Assembly: GCA_964384465.1 (NCBI GenBank)
Contig: CAYLLT010000020.1
Coordinates: 2,488-66,487 of the forward strand
Direction: 5' to 3'
Source of the DNA: an uncultured Planctomycetales bacterium
GTDB taxonomy: Bacteria; Planctomycetota; Phycisphaerae; UBA1845; PWPN01
Length of the DNA stretch: 64,000 nt
In this document: positions 27,251-36,720 of the stretch, one piece after another
How the letters are laid out: the number at the start of each line of letters is the position of its first letter
Numbering within the stretch: the stretch's first letter is position 1
Notes under the pieces: model-generated
Databases searched by the model: none
The model's input: the letters and a program-made list of their open reading frames with translations, nothing else
What the model was told of the DNA's origin: nothing
Position numbers and translations under genes: made by a program

Positions 27251-27319
27251 CCGAGCCGCGACCGTGAGGGAGCGGTCAAACTGACCTGTCGTTTCCGCTT
27301 CCTTACGGGCGCGGCTCGG
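27251..27319. repeat. REP-like imperfect inverted repeat inside the act operon
   Basis: The arms are CCGAGCCGCGACCGTGAGGGAGCGG (27251-27275) and CCGCTTCCTTACGGGCGCGGCTCGG (27295-27319). They pair at 22 of 25 positions. The element lies between actC and actD. Confidence 0.6.
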
Positions 27320-27329
27320 ATAAATCGAT

Positions 27330-27866
27330 ATGATGAAACCGCCGATTTTTGGACTGGTGGCCGAGTTCGGGGAGGTGAAACAACTCGTGGCGGCGGCGCA
27401 TCGTGCGCGCGAGGCGGGTTACCGGCGAATGGATGCCTTCACGCCGTTTCCGGTGGCCGAGTTGCCGGAGGCGTTGGGAGCGCGGCGGAGCCGTCTGCCG
27501 TTCATCGTGCTGATCGGCGGACTGATCGGGGCGGCTGCGGGTTACTTCATGCAGTATTACGCTTCAGTCGTTTCTTATCCGCTGAACGTCGGCGGGCGGC
27601 CGCTGCATAGCTGGCCTTCGTTCGTTCCGGTGACGTTCGAGATGACCATCCTGGTTGCGGCGCTCTCGGCGGTGCTGGGCATGTTCGCGTTGAACGGGCT
27701 GCCCCAGCCGTATCACCCGCTGTTCAATGTGCCGCAGTTCGCGCTGGCCTCGCGCGATCGGTTTTTTCTGTCCATTGAAGCCAGTGATCCGCAGTTCGAT
27801 CGCGTGGCGACCAGAGTGTTTCTGGAGTCCTTGAAGCCGGCGGGGGTGTACGAAGTTGCGCATTGA
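27330..27866 (+). CDS. actD: Alternative Complex III subunit ActD (DUF3341 membrane protein)
   Basis: The N-terminus FGLVAEFGEVKQLVAAAHRAREAGYRRMDAFTPFPV is followed by two TM helices. Gene order supports the call. Confidence 0.8.
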   Translation: MMKPPIFGLVAEFGEVKQLVAAAHRAREAGYRRMDAFTPFPVAELPEALGARRSRLPFIVLIGGLIGAAAGYFMQYYASVVSYPLNVGGRPLHSWPSFVPVTFEMTILVAALSAVLGMFALNGLPQPYHPLFNVPQFALASRDRFFLSIEASDPQFDRVATRVFLESLKPAGVYEVAH

Positions 27867-28428
27867 GCGACTATTACTTGTGTTCATACCGATGCTCGCG
27901 TGCCGGCAGGACATGCACGATCAGGCGAAGTACGAGCCGCTGGAAGCCAGTACGTTCTTCGCCGATGGTCGATCGTCGCGGCCGCCGGTGCCGGGGACGG
28001 TTGCCCGCGGCGATCAATTCCTCCGCGCGGACGAGCATCTCTATACCGGCAAATCGGGCGGCAAACCGGTCGATACTTTCCCCTTTGCGATCACGCGCGA
28101 CACGCTCGAACGCGGCCGCGAGCGATTTGATATTTTTTGTGCGCCCTGCCACGACCGCATCGGCAACGGTCAGGGCATGATCGTGCGGCGCGGCATGAGG
28201 ACGCCGCCGTCGCTGCATATCGACCGCCTGCGGGATGCGCCGCCGGGACACTTCTACGACGTGATCACCAATGGTTTCGGCGTGATGTACAGCTATGCCG
28301 ACCGGGTGGAGCCGAAGGACCGATGGGCGATCGCAGGTTACATCCGCGCTTTGCAATTGAGCCAGCGGGCGAGCCTCGATCTGCTGCCGGCGGAGGAGCG
28401 CCGGAACCTGGAGGGGCAACGGCGATGA
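27856..28428 (+). CDS. actE: Alternative Complex III subunit ActE (monohaem cytochrome c lipoprotein)
   Basis: A lipobox-like LVFIPMLAC is followed by RQDMHDQAKYEPL and a single CAPCH haem motif. The TTG start overlaps the end of actD. Confidence 0.75.
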   Translation: MRIERLLLVFIPMLACRQDMHDQAKYEPLEASTFFADGRSSRPPVPGTVARGDQFLRADEHLYTGKSGGKPVDTFPFAITRDTLERGRERFDIFCAPCHDRIGNGQGMIVRRGMRTPPSLHIDRLRDAPPGHFYDVITNGFGVMYSYADRVEPKDRWAIAGYIRALQLSQRASLDLLPAEERRNLEGQRR

Positions 28429-29609
28429 ACGGATCATCGACGATCCCTCCGCGTTGGGAGCCGGTTCAGCGGGCAGCGCTGACGATCGGCGCCGTTGCAC
28501 TGGTTCTCTGCGTCGCCGGCGCGCTGCTGGTATCCAGCCCGGCCCAAATGCTGCGGTCATATCTGTTCGCGTATCTGTTCTGGTTGAGCATGCCGCTGGG
28601 GTGCATGGCGATCCTCATGGTTCATCACCTGGTCGGCGGCGGGTGGGGGCTGGTCATCCGCCGAATACTCGAAGCGTCGATACGGACGGTGCCGCTGATG
28701 GCCGTGCTGTTCGTTCCATTCGCCTGGCAACTGTCCGCGCTGTACGTCTGGGCTCGGCCGGAGGAAGTCGCAGCCGATGAGCTGCTGCGGCACAAACAGG
28801 TCTATCTGAATGTCCCGTTCTTCTGGATACGGGCGGTCATATACTTCGGGAGTTGGATCGCCCTCGCGCATTTATTGAATAAATGGTCGCGCCAGCAGGA
28901 GATTCGGCCGGACTCCTCCATCGTGCGAAGGTTGCAACTGCTGAGCGGGCCGGGGCTGGTGATTTACGGTTTGACCGTCACGTTCGCCTCTTTCGACTGG
29001 GCCATGTCGCTCGATCCACACTGGTTCTCCACCATGTACGGCATCCTGTTCGTGTGCAGTCAGGTTTTGGCCGCCTTCGCGCTATCCATCTGCACACTTG
29101 TTCTGCTGTGCCGATTCAAGCCGCTCGCCGACGTGGTCACGCCGGACCATCTGAACGACCTCGGAAACTTTCTGCTCGCATCGGTCATGCTGTGGGCGTA
29201 CATGGCGTTCGCCCAATACCTGATCGTCTGGTCGGGTAATCTGCCGGAGGAAGTGACCTGGTATATCGGCCGGCAGCGGGGGGGGTGGCGCGGCGTCGCA
29301 CTGCTGCTGATCGTATTTCATTTTGCGCTGCCGTTCGTGCTGCTGCTGTCGCGAGGGGTCAAGCGACAGGCGGGCAATATCATCATGGTGGCCGGGCTGC
29401 TGCTGGTCATGCGGCTCATCGACAACTTCTGGCTGGTGATGCCGACGTTTCGGCCGAGTCTGTCGGTGCATTGGATGGACGTTCTGGCTCCCGTCGGCAT
29501 CGGCGGTCTGTGGATCGGCGCTTTCATCGGTCAGCTCAAGCGCCGGCCACTGTTGCCGCCGGCGGAGCCGGAACCGGCGGGCGGCGCCTTGCCCGCGGAG
29601 AGTGTTTGA
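28425..29609 (+). CDS. actF: Alternative Complex III subunit ActF (second polytopic membrane subunit)
   Basis: The ATG at 28425 overlaps the actE stop (ATGA). The 394-aa product is multi-TM. The ORF-track start at 28137 would overlap actE heavily. Confidence 0.75.
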   Translation: MNGSSTIPPRWEPVQRAALTIGAVALVLCVAGALLVSSPAQMLRSYLFAYLFWLSMPLGCMAILMVHHLVGGGWGLVIRRILEASIRTVPLMAVLFVPFAWQLSALYVWARPEEVAADELLRHKQVYLNVPFFWIRAVIYFGSWIALAHLLNKWSRQQEIRPDSSIVRRLQLLSGPGLVIYGLTVTFASFDWAMSLDPHWFSTMYGILFVCSQVLAAFALSICTLVLLCRFKPLADVVTPDHLNDLGNFLLASVMLWAYMAFAQYLIVWSGNLPEEVTWYIGRQRGGWRGVALLLIVFHFALPFVLLLSRGVKRQAGNIIMVAGLLLVMRLIDNFWLVMPTFRPSLSVHWMDVLAPVGIGGLWIGAFIGQLKRRPLLPPAEPEPAGGALPAESV

Positions 29610-30035
29610 TTGACGCAGGAACCGACACAGACCGACGTTCCCGCCGGGTACGAACGGCACGAGCTGAGTGTGCCGGCCATCGTGCGCTTCGGGATCGGCT
29701 TGGCGCTGATGCTCATTTTTGTTCATGGCCTGCTGTTCGGAGTGTTTCGGTATATGCAGTCCCGGCGGATGGGGCCCGCGCCGCGGTCGTCCGTGGATGT
29801 CCGGCCGCTGGTTGCGGAGCCGTTGCTGCAAGCCTCATCATCGGCGGAGAGGCGCGAGATGGAAGCGGCGGAAGAGCGGTTCCTGAGCGGTTATGGGTGG
29901 GTCGATCCGAAGGCGGGCGTGGTGCGAATCCCGATCGAGCGGGCGATGGACGTGCTGGCGGAGCACGGTTTACCCGTGAGGCAACAATCGACGCAGCCGA
30001 GTGCAGCGACACGCCCGGAAAGCACGCAACAATGA
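29610..30035 (+). CDS. Small single-TM membrane protein between actF and SCO1 (possible ActG-like or assembly factor)
   Basis: 141 aa. The TTG start follows the actF stop directly. One TM helix is present (VPAIVRFGIGLALMLIFVHGLLFGVF). Its stop overlaps the SCO1 start (ATGA). Confidence 0.4.
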   Translation: MTQEPTQTDVPAGYERHELSVPAIVRFGIGLALMLIFVHGLLFGVFRYMQSRRMGPAPRSSVDVRPLVAEPLLQASSSAERREMEAAEERFLSGYGWVDPKAGVVRIPIERAMDVLAEHGLPVRQQSTQPSAATRPESTQQ

Positions 30036-30913
30036 ACATCACTATCAAGAAAAGAATGTGCCTGCTGGTGGGAATGATCGTGCTTCCATGTCCGGGCGCG
30101 TTCGCGCAAAACGCGAACGCCCCGGCAACTTCAATCAGTGCGCCCGCCGTGTTGCGCAACGTCGGTATCGATCAGCGTCTCGACGAGCAGGTGCCGCTCG
30201 ATCTCGTTTTTCGCGATGAGGCCGGCAAGCCGGTGAAGCTTTCGCAGTATTGCGACAAGCCGGTCGTCCTCGCGCTGGTGTATTACAAGTGCCCGATGTT
30301 GTGCAACCTGGTGCTGAACGGATTGCTGAAGGCACTGCGTGCGATGCCGTTCGATGCGGGCAGGGAGTTCAACGTGGTGACGGTCAGCTTCGATCCGCGC
30401 GAGACGGCGAATGTCGCGGCGGCCAAGAAATCGGGTTACATCCGGCAATACGGCCGGTCGGGAGCGGCGGCCGGCTGGCGGTTTCTGACCGGCGATGAAG
30501 CTTCGATCCGCCGGCTGACGGCAGCGGTCGGGTTTCGCTACACGTTCGATCCGGTGAGCAAGCAATTTGCGCACGCCAGCGGCCTCGTCGTGCTCACGCC
30601 GAAGGGCAAAGTCGCCCGCTATCTGTACGGCATCGAGTATTCCGCGCGCGATCTTCAATTCTCGCTGATGGACGCCGCCACCGAGAAGATCGGCTCGCCC
30701 GTCGATCAACTGCTGCTCTATTGCTATCACTACGACCCGCTGACCGGCAAGTACGGATTCGCCATCATGACCGTGATCCGTATCAGCGGAACGTTGACCG
30801 TGCTGGCGCTGGGCGGCTTCGTCGTCGTCATGCTGCGGCGCGAAAGGCGTCGCGGCCGTATGCGACCCGCAGTATCGAATGTTGAGCATCCTTTCGGAGA
30901 AGCGCGCTCATGA
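30032..30913 (+). CDS. SCO1/SenC family copper chaperone (thioredoxin fold, CxxxC) with a C-terminal TM segment
   Basis: The start is MNITIKKRMCLLVGMIVLPCPGAFA. Motifs include LALVYYKCPMLCNLVLNG and H in KQFAHASG. The ORF-track start at 29285 is an upstream extension that overlaps actF. Confidence 0.85.
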   Translation: MNITIKKRMCLLVGMIVLPCPGAFAQNANAPATSISAPAVLRNVGIDQRLDEQVPLDLVFRDEAGKPVKLSQYCDKPVVLALVYYKCPMLCNLVLNGLLKALRAMPFDAGREFNVVTVSFDPRETANVAAAKKSGYIRQYGRSGAAAGWRFLTGDEASIRRLTAAVGFRYTFDPVSKQFAHASGLVVLTPKGKVARYLYGIEYSARDLQFSLMDAATEKIGSPVDQLLLYCYHYDPLTGKYGFAIMTVIRISGTLTVLALGGFVVVMLRRERRRGRMRPAVSNVEHPFGEARS

Positions 30914-31869
30914 TGTGGCTGAGCCTGCCGCTGTTTCCCGAACAAGCTTCCACGGTCGCCGGCCGGGTGGACGCGCTTTACTTCTTTTTGTTGGGTGTTT
31001 CTACCATTTTCGCCGTGCTGATTTTCGTGCTGGTCATCTTTTTCGCCGTCAGATACCGCCGGTCCAAACATCCCCGTGCCCGTCAGATCGGCGGGAGCCT
31101 GCCGCTGGAGATACTCTGGTCGGCCATACCGTTCAGTCTGGCGATGGTCATGTTCGCCTGGGGGGCGAACTTGTATTACGACATGTATGAGCCTCCGAAG
31201 GAGGCGGCGGATCTGTACGTGGTCGCGAAGCAATGGATGTGGAAATTCCAGCACCCGGAGGGGCCGAGCGAAATCAACGAGCTGCACATCCCGGTAGGCC
31301 GCAGGTTCAAGACCATCATGACCTCGCAGGACGTGATCCATTCCCTGTACATCCCGGCGTTCCGTATCAAGCGCGATGTTCTGCCCGGCCGGTACGTGAG
31401 CGCGTGGTTCGAGGCGACGCAGCCGGGTGAGTACCACCTGTTCTGCGCGGAATACTGCGGGACCGAGCATTCGCGCATGGTGGGCCGCGTGGTGGTGATG
31501 GCGCCGGCGGAGTACGAAAAGTGGCTGACCCGCGGGAGCACGGGCGTTTCGATGGCGGCCGCCGGCCGGCAATTATTCGAGCAGCTTGGCTGCCGGACGT
31601 GCCACAGCCGCGATTCCGGTGCGAACGGGCCGCAGCTCGCCGGCCGGTTCGGCAGCCGCGTGCAACTCCGCAGCGGCCAGACCATCGTGATGGACGAGAA
31701 TTACCTGCGCAAATCCATCCTCGACCCCGCCTTCGATATTGCGGCCGGATATGATCCCACCATGCCCACCTACCGCGGGCTGGTCAGCGAAGAGGGTTTA
31801 ATGCAGATCGTGGAGTGGTTGAAACGTTCCGACGAGGCGGCAGCAACGCAACCGGCGCAACAACCATGA
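30910..31869 (+). CDS. ctaC: Cytochrome c oxidase subunit II with fused C-terminal cytochrome c domain (caa3 type)
   Basis: The CuA site is [14 protein letters not shown]...[12 protein letters not shown]. The C-terminal haem c motif is CRTCH. There are two N-terminal TM helices. Confidence 0.9.
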   Translation: MMWLSLPLFPEQASTVAGRVDALYFFLLGVSTIFAVLIFVLVIFFAVRYRRSKHPRARQIGGSLPLEILWSAIPFSLAMVMFAWGANLYYDMYEPPKEAADLYVVAKQWMWKFQHPEGPSEINELHIPVGRRFKTIMTSQDVIHSLYIPAFRIKRDVLPGRYVSAWFEATQPGEYHLFCAEYCGTEHSRMVGRVVVMAPAEYEKWLTRGSTGVSMAAAGRQLFEQLGCRTCHSRDSGANGPQLAGRFGSRVQLRSGQTIVMDENYLRKSILDPAFDIAAGYDPTMPTYRGLVSEEGLMQIVEWLKRSDEAAATQPAQQP

Positions 31870-33488
31870 GCACCACCGTCACGGAAACCCGCGAGAACTA
31901 TCTCAACGCCGCCTATGGCGTCAAGTCGTGGCTGCTCACCACCGACCACAAACGCATCGCCATTCTTTACCTGCTGGCGATCACGTTTTTCTTTTTCATC
32001 GGCGGGGCGTTCGCGGTGATAATCCGCATCGAGCTGATTACGCCGCAGGGCGATCTGGTCACGTCGGAAACGTACAACAAGCTGTTCACCATGCACGGCG
32101 TGATGCTCGTCTTCTTCTTCCTGATCCCTTCCATTCCGGCGACTCTCGGCAATTTCCTGGTCCCGCTGATGATCGGCGCGCGCGATCTGGCCTTTCCCAG
32201 GTTGAATCTGGCGAGTTGGTACATTTTCATGGCCGGCGGGTTATTCGCCCTGGTCGCGGCCGTCACCGGCGGCGTCGATACCGGCTGGACCTTCTATACG
32301 CCTTACAGCAGCACCTACGCCAATACCAACGTGATCCTCACTGCCCTCGGCGCTTTCATCATGGGCTTCTCCTCCATACTCACCGGGCTTAACTTCATCG
32401 TCACCATTCACAAGATGAGGGCGCCGGGGCTGACCTGGTTCCGGCTGCCGCTCTTCATCTGGGCTAACTACGCGGCCAGCCTCATCATGGTGCTCGGCAC
32501 GCCGGTGGTGGCCATCGCCATCGTACTGGTCGCACTCGAGCGGCTTTTCGGGTTCGGATTCTTCGACCCCCGTTTGGGAGGCGATCCGATCCTTTTTCAG
32601 CATCTGTTCTGGTTTTATTCTCATCCGGCCGTGTACATGAACCTGCCGGCGATGGGCGTGATCTGCGTGCTCATCCCCTGTTTTTCCAGAAAACGCGTCT
32701 TCGGCTACAGCTTCATCGCATTCTCCAGTCTCGCCATTGCCTTGCTCGGCTTTCTCGTCTGGGGACATCACATGTTCACCAGTGGGCAATCCATCTACGC
32801 CGGTATGATTTTCTCGATACTCAGTTTCCTGGTCGCCATTCCATCCGCGATCAAAGTGTTCAACTGGACGGCCACGCTCTACCAGGGCTCGATCTCGTAT
32901 GCGACACCGATGCTCTACGCCCTCGGCTTCATCGGCCTGTTCACCATCGGCGGGTTGACCGGCCTTTTCCTGGCCTGCCTGGGATTGGACGTGCACGTGC
33001 ACGATACCTACTTCATCGTCGCTCATTTTCATTACATCATGGTCGGCGGCGTGGTCATGGCCTACCTGGGCGGATTTCATTTCTGGTGGCCGAAGATCAC
33101 CGGGCGCATGTACCCGGAAGGCTGGGCGCGCCTCTCCGCGCTGATCATCTTCGTCGGATTCAACCTCACCTTCTTTCCGCAGTTTCTGCTCGGTTATCTG
33201 GGCATGCCGCGGCGCTACCATGATTACAGACACTCGCCGGAATTTCAGATCTATCACGTGCTATCGAGTGCGGGGGCATCGATTCTCGGCGTGGGCTACC
33301 TGCTCCCGATGGTGTACATGATCTGGTCGCTGCGCTGGGGGAAGGTGGCCCCGTCCAATCCGTGGGCAGCCACGGGCTTGGAATGGCAGACGCCCTCGCC
33401 GCCGCCGACGCACAATTTCGAGCAGACACCCATCGTGACGGAAGAAGCCTACGCCTATAGCGAACATGAGGAGCCGCAGCTTGTCTAG
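31866..33488 (+). CDS. ctaD: Cytochrome c oxidase subunit I, A2-type (YSHPAVY motif)
   Basis: Motifs include [10 protein letters not shown] (CuB His and cross-linked Tyr, with the Tyr-Ser signature that replaces the D-channel Glu) and [12 protein letters not shown] (CuB and haem ligands). The ATG at 31866 overlaps the subunit II stop (ATGA). Confidence 0.95.
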   Translation: MSTTVTETRENYLNAAYGVKSWLLTTDHKRIAILYLLAITFFFFIGGAFAVIIRIELITPQGDLVTSETYNKLFTMHGVMLVFFFLIPSIPATLGNFLVPLMIGARDLAFPRLNLASWYIFMAGGLFALVAAVTGGVDTGWTFYTPYSSTYANTNVILTALGAFIMGFSSILTGLNFIVTIHKMRAPGLTWFRLPLFIWANYAASLIMVLGTPVVAIAIVLVALERLFGFGFFDPRLGGDPILFQHLFWFYSHPAVYMNLPAMGVICVLIPCFSRKRVFGYSFIAFSSLAIALLGFLVWGHHMFTSGQSIYAGMIFSILSFLVAIPSAIKVFNWTATLYQGSISYATPMLYALGFIGLFTIGGLTGLFLACLGLDVHVHDTYFIVAHFHYIMVGGVVMAYLGGFHFWWPKITGRMYPEGWARLSALIIFVGFNLTFFPQFLLGYLGMPRRYHDYRHSPEFQIYHVLSSAGASILGVGYLLPMVYMIWSLRWGKVAPSNPWAATGLEWQTPSPPPTHNFEQTPIVTEEAYAYSEHEEPQLV

Positions 33489-34125
33489 CCAATCCGCCCC
33501 TCTGGCGCATCATTTCGAGGACCTGGATCAGCAGCATCAGGTGGCCACGATGGGTATGTGGGTGTTCCTGGTCACGGAGGTGCTGTTCTTCGGCGGGCTG
33601 TTTACCGGTTACACGTATTATCGCTGCCTCTATCCGGATGCCTGGATGCACGGCAGCCGGTACCTTGACGTTCCGCTCGGCGCGATCAATACCGTCGTGC
33701 TCATCACCAGCAGCCTGTTCATGGCCATCGCCGTAAGGAGTGCCCAGCTTGGGGCGCGGAAAATGCTGACGCTCTTTCTGTGGCTGACCATTCTGGCGGG
33801 CGGTGCGTTCTTATGCATCAAGTTTTTTGAGTATCACCACAAGTTCGAGGAGCACCTGGTTCCCGGCCGCGACTTTGTCCTTCGTGGGTCGCAGCCGCGG
33901 GAGGTTCAATTATTTTTCTCGTTCTATTTTGCCATGACCGGCCTGCATGCCGTGCACATGATTGTCGGGATCGTCCTGATCGCCGTCTTCAGCATCGCGG
34001 CGTGGCGCGGGCGTTTTTCGCCGGCCTATTTTGCGCCCGTCGAGACGCTGGGCCTGTACTGGCATTTTGTGGATATCATCTGGATCTTTCTATTCCCGTT
34101 GCTCTATCTCGTGGGGCATCACTGA
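33466..34125 (+). CDS. ctaE: Cytochrome c oxidase subunit III
   Basis: Motifs include [33 protein letters not shown] and [16 protein letters not shown]. Gene position supports the call. Confidence 0.85.
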   Translation: MRSRSLSSQSAPLAHHFEDLDQQHQVATMGMWVFLVTEVLFFGGLFTGYTYYRCLYPDAWMHGSRYLDVPLGAINTVVLITSSLFMAIAVRSAQLGARKMLTLFLWLTILAGGAFLCIKFFEYHHKFEEHLVPGRDFVLRGSQPREVQLFFSFYFAMTGLHAVHMIVGIVLIAVFSIAAWRGRFSPAYFAPVETLGLYWHFVDIIWIFLFPLLYLVGHH

Positions 34126-34427
34126 TGACGACACACATCGTTCCGCTCAAAACGTACCTGGCTGTATTCGGCGGCCTCATCCTGCTGACGACGGCCACCA
34201 CCGGCGCCGACTATATCGATCTCGGCCGATGGAACCTGATCCTGGCGCTCGGCATCGCGACCGCCAAGGCCCTGCTGGTCGTCCTGTATTTCATGCACCT
34301 TCGCTACAGCGGTGGGCTGATCCGGGTCTTCGTCGGCGCGGCGATCATGTGGCTGATGATCCTGATCGGCATGACGCTGGACGATGTGCTGACGCGAGGC
34401 TGGCAGTTCCGCCCGCGCGGCTGGTAG
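34125..34427 (+). CDS. caa3-type cytochrome c oxidase subunit IV
   Basis: 100 aa with three TM helices. It reads YLAVFGGLILLTTATTGADYIDLG...KALLVVLYFMHL. The ATG overlaps the subunit III stop. Confidence 0.75.
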   Translation: MTTHIVPLKTYLAVFGGLILLTTATTGADYIDLGRWNLILALGIATAKALLVVLYFMHLRYSGGLIRVFVGAAIMWLMILIGMTLDDVLTRGWQFRPRGW

Positions 34428-34595
34428 CCGGTCTTTAAGGGGGGAGGCGCAGGCGCGCCGGCCCAGGGGAGGTCTTTTGGCCATCGCAAACCGAGGTGGT
34501 TTTTTTTAACGGCGTGTGGCACGGCCGTCTTGGCCTCGGGCCTTTCGCCGCCACCAGTGCACGCTGCGGACGGGATACGCAGGAGGCGCGATCCA

Positions 34596-34850
34596 TCAGA
34601 AAAACTGCCTTACCTGCGGTAACTTCGGTCGGTGCGGTCGCGACGGCAGCTTCGGGGGCGCGACTGCCGCTCGCCGATCTTCGAATGCCCGCAAGTCGCT
34701 CTCGCGCACGACGTATCGCGGCCTGCGGCCGGTCGCGCGTGTGGCGATATTGATCGCCTGGAGTTCACCCGACCTGATCCATCCCAGCACCTTGTCCGGA
34801 CTGACGCCGTATGCTTCGGCGATTTGCGGCGGCGTAAAATGGCGTTCCAT
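34596..34850 (-). CDS. Excisionase-family / MerR-like helix-turn-helix DNA-binding protein (HTH_17-like)
   Basis: 84 aa. The sequence FTPPQIAEAYGVSPDKVLGWIRSGELQAINIATRATGRRPRYVVRESDLRAFE matches the usual pattern of small excisionase-type HTH proteins. Confidence 0.65.
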   Translation of the reverse strand: MERHFTPPQIAEAYGVSPDKVLGWIRSGELQAINIATRATGRRPRYVVRESDLRAFEDRRAAVAPPKLPSRPHRPKLPQVRQFF

Positions 34851-34914
34851 TCAGATAGGGTACCCCAAGTTCCACTGTTTCGAAATCGCCGTATCCGATT
34901 CGCCACCGTATGAA

Positions 34915-35973
34915 TTAAAGGCGCTGTGCGGGCGTGACCCCGCGCGAACGACGGAGCAACGGGAGTGCAATAAGCAGCATCAGCCCGCTAGCGGGCTCGG
35001 GAACTTCGGCGATGCGGAAACCAATACCTCCGTCCTCTCCTGGCAATATGGCGTAACTGCTCATGAAAGCCCCTGTCCATGTATTAGAGCCGCCGAAAGA
35101 TCCGCCACGGTGTTCGTGCGACTTACCGGGAACAACTGCCTCATTCCACTCCCAGACGTTGCCTCCTTGATCGAATGTGTTGTATGGGCTGCTTGAGTTT
35201 GTGAAAGCACCCACCTCGGTCCGGTAGTAGGGCGGACCAATGGTATAGTTACCGATGACGGCATTCACATTGTTTCCAGGATCGGGATTGAGAAGCGCAT
35301 TTGCAGGTGGATTATTGGTTCTAGTTGGGTATTCCCAGTAACCCGCTCCTCCGGGTTTCTGAGGATCGAAATAAGCGGCCTTGTACCATTCGTCTCTAGA
35401 CGGGATAACATAACGGGCATTGGCGTTGCGGGTGACCTGCAATAAGTCAGCCTCTGTATTTTTTCCGATCAGCGTGTATGACCCATCCTCTGTCGTCGTA
35501 GCATCTTGCGCGCCATTGGGTTGGCCATTGTTCAACCAATTATTGAAACGAGCTGCGTCGCCCCAGCTCACGAAATTGACGGGGCGGTTGGCTCGGTCTG
35601 GCGCGACCGTGTAGACGTAAGGACTTGCCAACGTGCCGGAGCCAGCGCGTTGGATTTGACAACCTAGTCCAGATGTCATGCCACCGCTATACAGGTTGTG
35701 AGGATCTCCCCCTGCCGCAACTGAGTTGAGGAATTGGGTATACTGGCCGGCCGTTATCTCGAATTTGCCGATCTCGTAGCTGTGGTTGACTGCGCCATAT
35801 CCAGGAGTCGCATACCGGGGATCTGGAGCATTTCCTACATTTCCCACGGGCACGAACTGCAGGCTGGTTTGCCCGATCGGCATGTTGAACACGTCCGCTG
35901 ATGCGGCACTGGCGAACAAGGATGTGAATGCAGAGATTGCGCAGGCCGCGCGGGCATTTCGTATGATGGACAT
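34915..35973 (-). CDS. FGE-sulfatase (SUMF1/C-type-lectin fold) domain protein with a PEP-CTERM sorting signal
   Basis: The ATG at 35973 is preceded by GGAGGAG. The signal peptide is MSIIRNARAACAISAFTSLFASAASA. Motifs include YEIGKFEITAGQYTQFLN, NFVSWGDAARFNNWL, GGNVWEWNE and RGGSF. The C-terminus VPEPASGLMLLIALPLLRRSR is a PEP-CTERM signal. Confidence 0.8.
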   Translation of the reverse strand: MSIIRNARAACAISAFTSLFASAASADVFNMPIGQTSLQFVPVGNVGNAPDPRYATPGYGAVNHSYEIGKFEITAGQYTQFLNSVAAGGDPHNLYSGGMTSGLGCQIQRAGSGTLASPYVYTVAPDRANRPVNFVSWGDAARFNNWLNNGQPNGAQDATTTEDGSYTLIGKNTEADLLQVTRNANARYVIPSRDEWYKAAYFDPQKPGGAGYWEYPTRTNNPPANALLNPDPGNNVNAVIGNYTIGPPYYRTEVGAFTNSSSPYNTFDQGGNVWEWNEAVVPGKSHEHRGGSFGGSNTWTGAFMSSYAILPGEDGGIGFRIAEVPEPASGLMLLIALPLLRRSRGVTPAQRL

Positions 35974-36122
35974 GCTTTTCTCCTCCAGCCGGACGTGAAT
36001 GCTTTTCCGGCCCCATTCTACACGCTGGGCTGGGAGGCACAAGCTTCCGTTTTGAAGAATGGCCGCTAATTCACAGTGCGGGTAGCATCGGTCCTCAGAA
36101 ACACTCGATGGAGGGCTATTCT

Positions 36123-36644
36123 ATGCGAAAACCGCGCATTCTCGCCGTTTTGCCCTTGCTGTTCATCCCCTCGGCAGCCGCCCTCGCCGACGCTACAGCC
36201 ACACTCTCGGGCGTCGATGTACTCTTCTCTCCGAACGGTGGCTGTCAGGCTCGAATCGTTGCTGAACTAGCGAAAGCGAAGAAGACCATCCGCATCCACG
36301 CGTACAGCTACACTGACGCGAAGATCGCGAAGGCGCTGCTCGATGCGAAGAAACGCGGCGTCACGTGTGAGGCGATACTCGATAAGTCGAACAAGACCGC
36401 CAAGTACAGTGCGGCCACGTTTCTGAAGAATCAGGGCATCCCCTGCCTGATCGACGATCGACACGCCATCGCACACAGCAAAATCATCATCATCGACGAC
36501 GTGACTGTGGTCACCGGCTCGTACAACTTCACGAAGAACGCGGAGGAGAACAACGCGGAGAACATGCTCGTGCTCGCGGGGATGCCGGACGTGGCCAAGG
36601 CATACGTCGAGAACTACAAGCGGCACCGGGAGCATGCGCCGTAG
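36123..36644 (+). CDS. Secreted phospholipase D-superfamily nuclease (Nuc-like, single HKD motif)
   Basis: The signal peptide is MRKPRILAVLPLLFIPSAAALA. The HKD motif reads AHSKIIIIDD...GSYNFTKNAEENNAEN. The size (~173 aa) matches single-HKD Nuc endonucleases. Confidence 0.8.
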   Translation: MRKPRILAVLPLLFIPSAAALADATATLSGVDVLFSPNGGCQARIVAELAKAKKTIRIHAYSYTDAKIAKALLDAKKRGVTCEAILDKSNKTAKYSAATFLKNQGIPCLIDDRHAIAHSKIIIIDDVTVVTGSYNFTKNAEENNAENMLVLAGMPDVAKAYVENYKRHREHAP

Positions 36645-36720
36645 CCGGTCTGCTGTCGTTGAGGTACAGTGCGCCGGGCCGACTGACATATACCCGTCGG
36701 GACCAAACAAGGAGCCTTTC

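Noticed and set aside
29285-30031. Long N-terminal extensions in the ORF track: 29285 for the SCO1 frame, 28137 for actF, 31815 for ctaD and 18168 for ior.
   Set aside because: The extensions overlap upstream genes or lack protein-like sequence. Internal ATG starts give canonical N-termini, and three of them give 4-nt ATGA overlaps with the upstream stop.
34428-34510. The T8 run after the oxidase operon might be an intrinsic terminator.
   Set aside because: I could not find a convincing GC-rich stem immediately upstream of the T-run.
34915-35973. The FGE-sulfatase/C-type-lectin fold protein might be a diversity-generating retroelement (DGR) target.
   Set aside because: No reverse transcriptase gene is present. 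I could find no template-repeat copy of the gene's 3' end in the flanking non-coding DNA.
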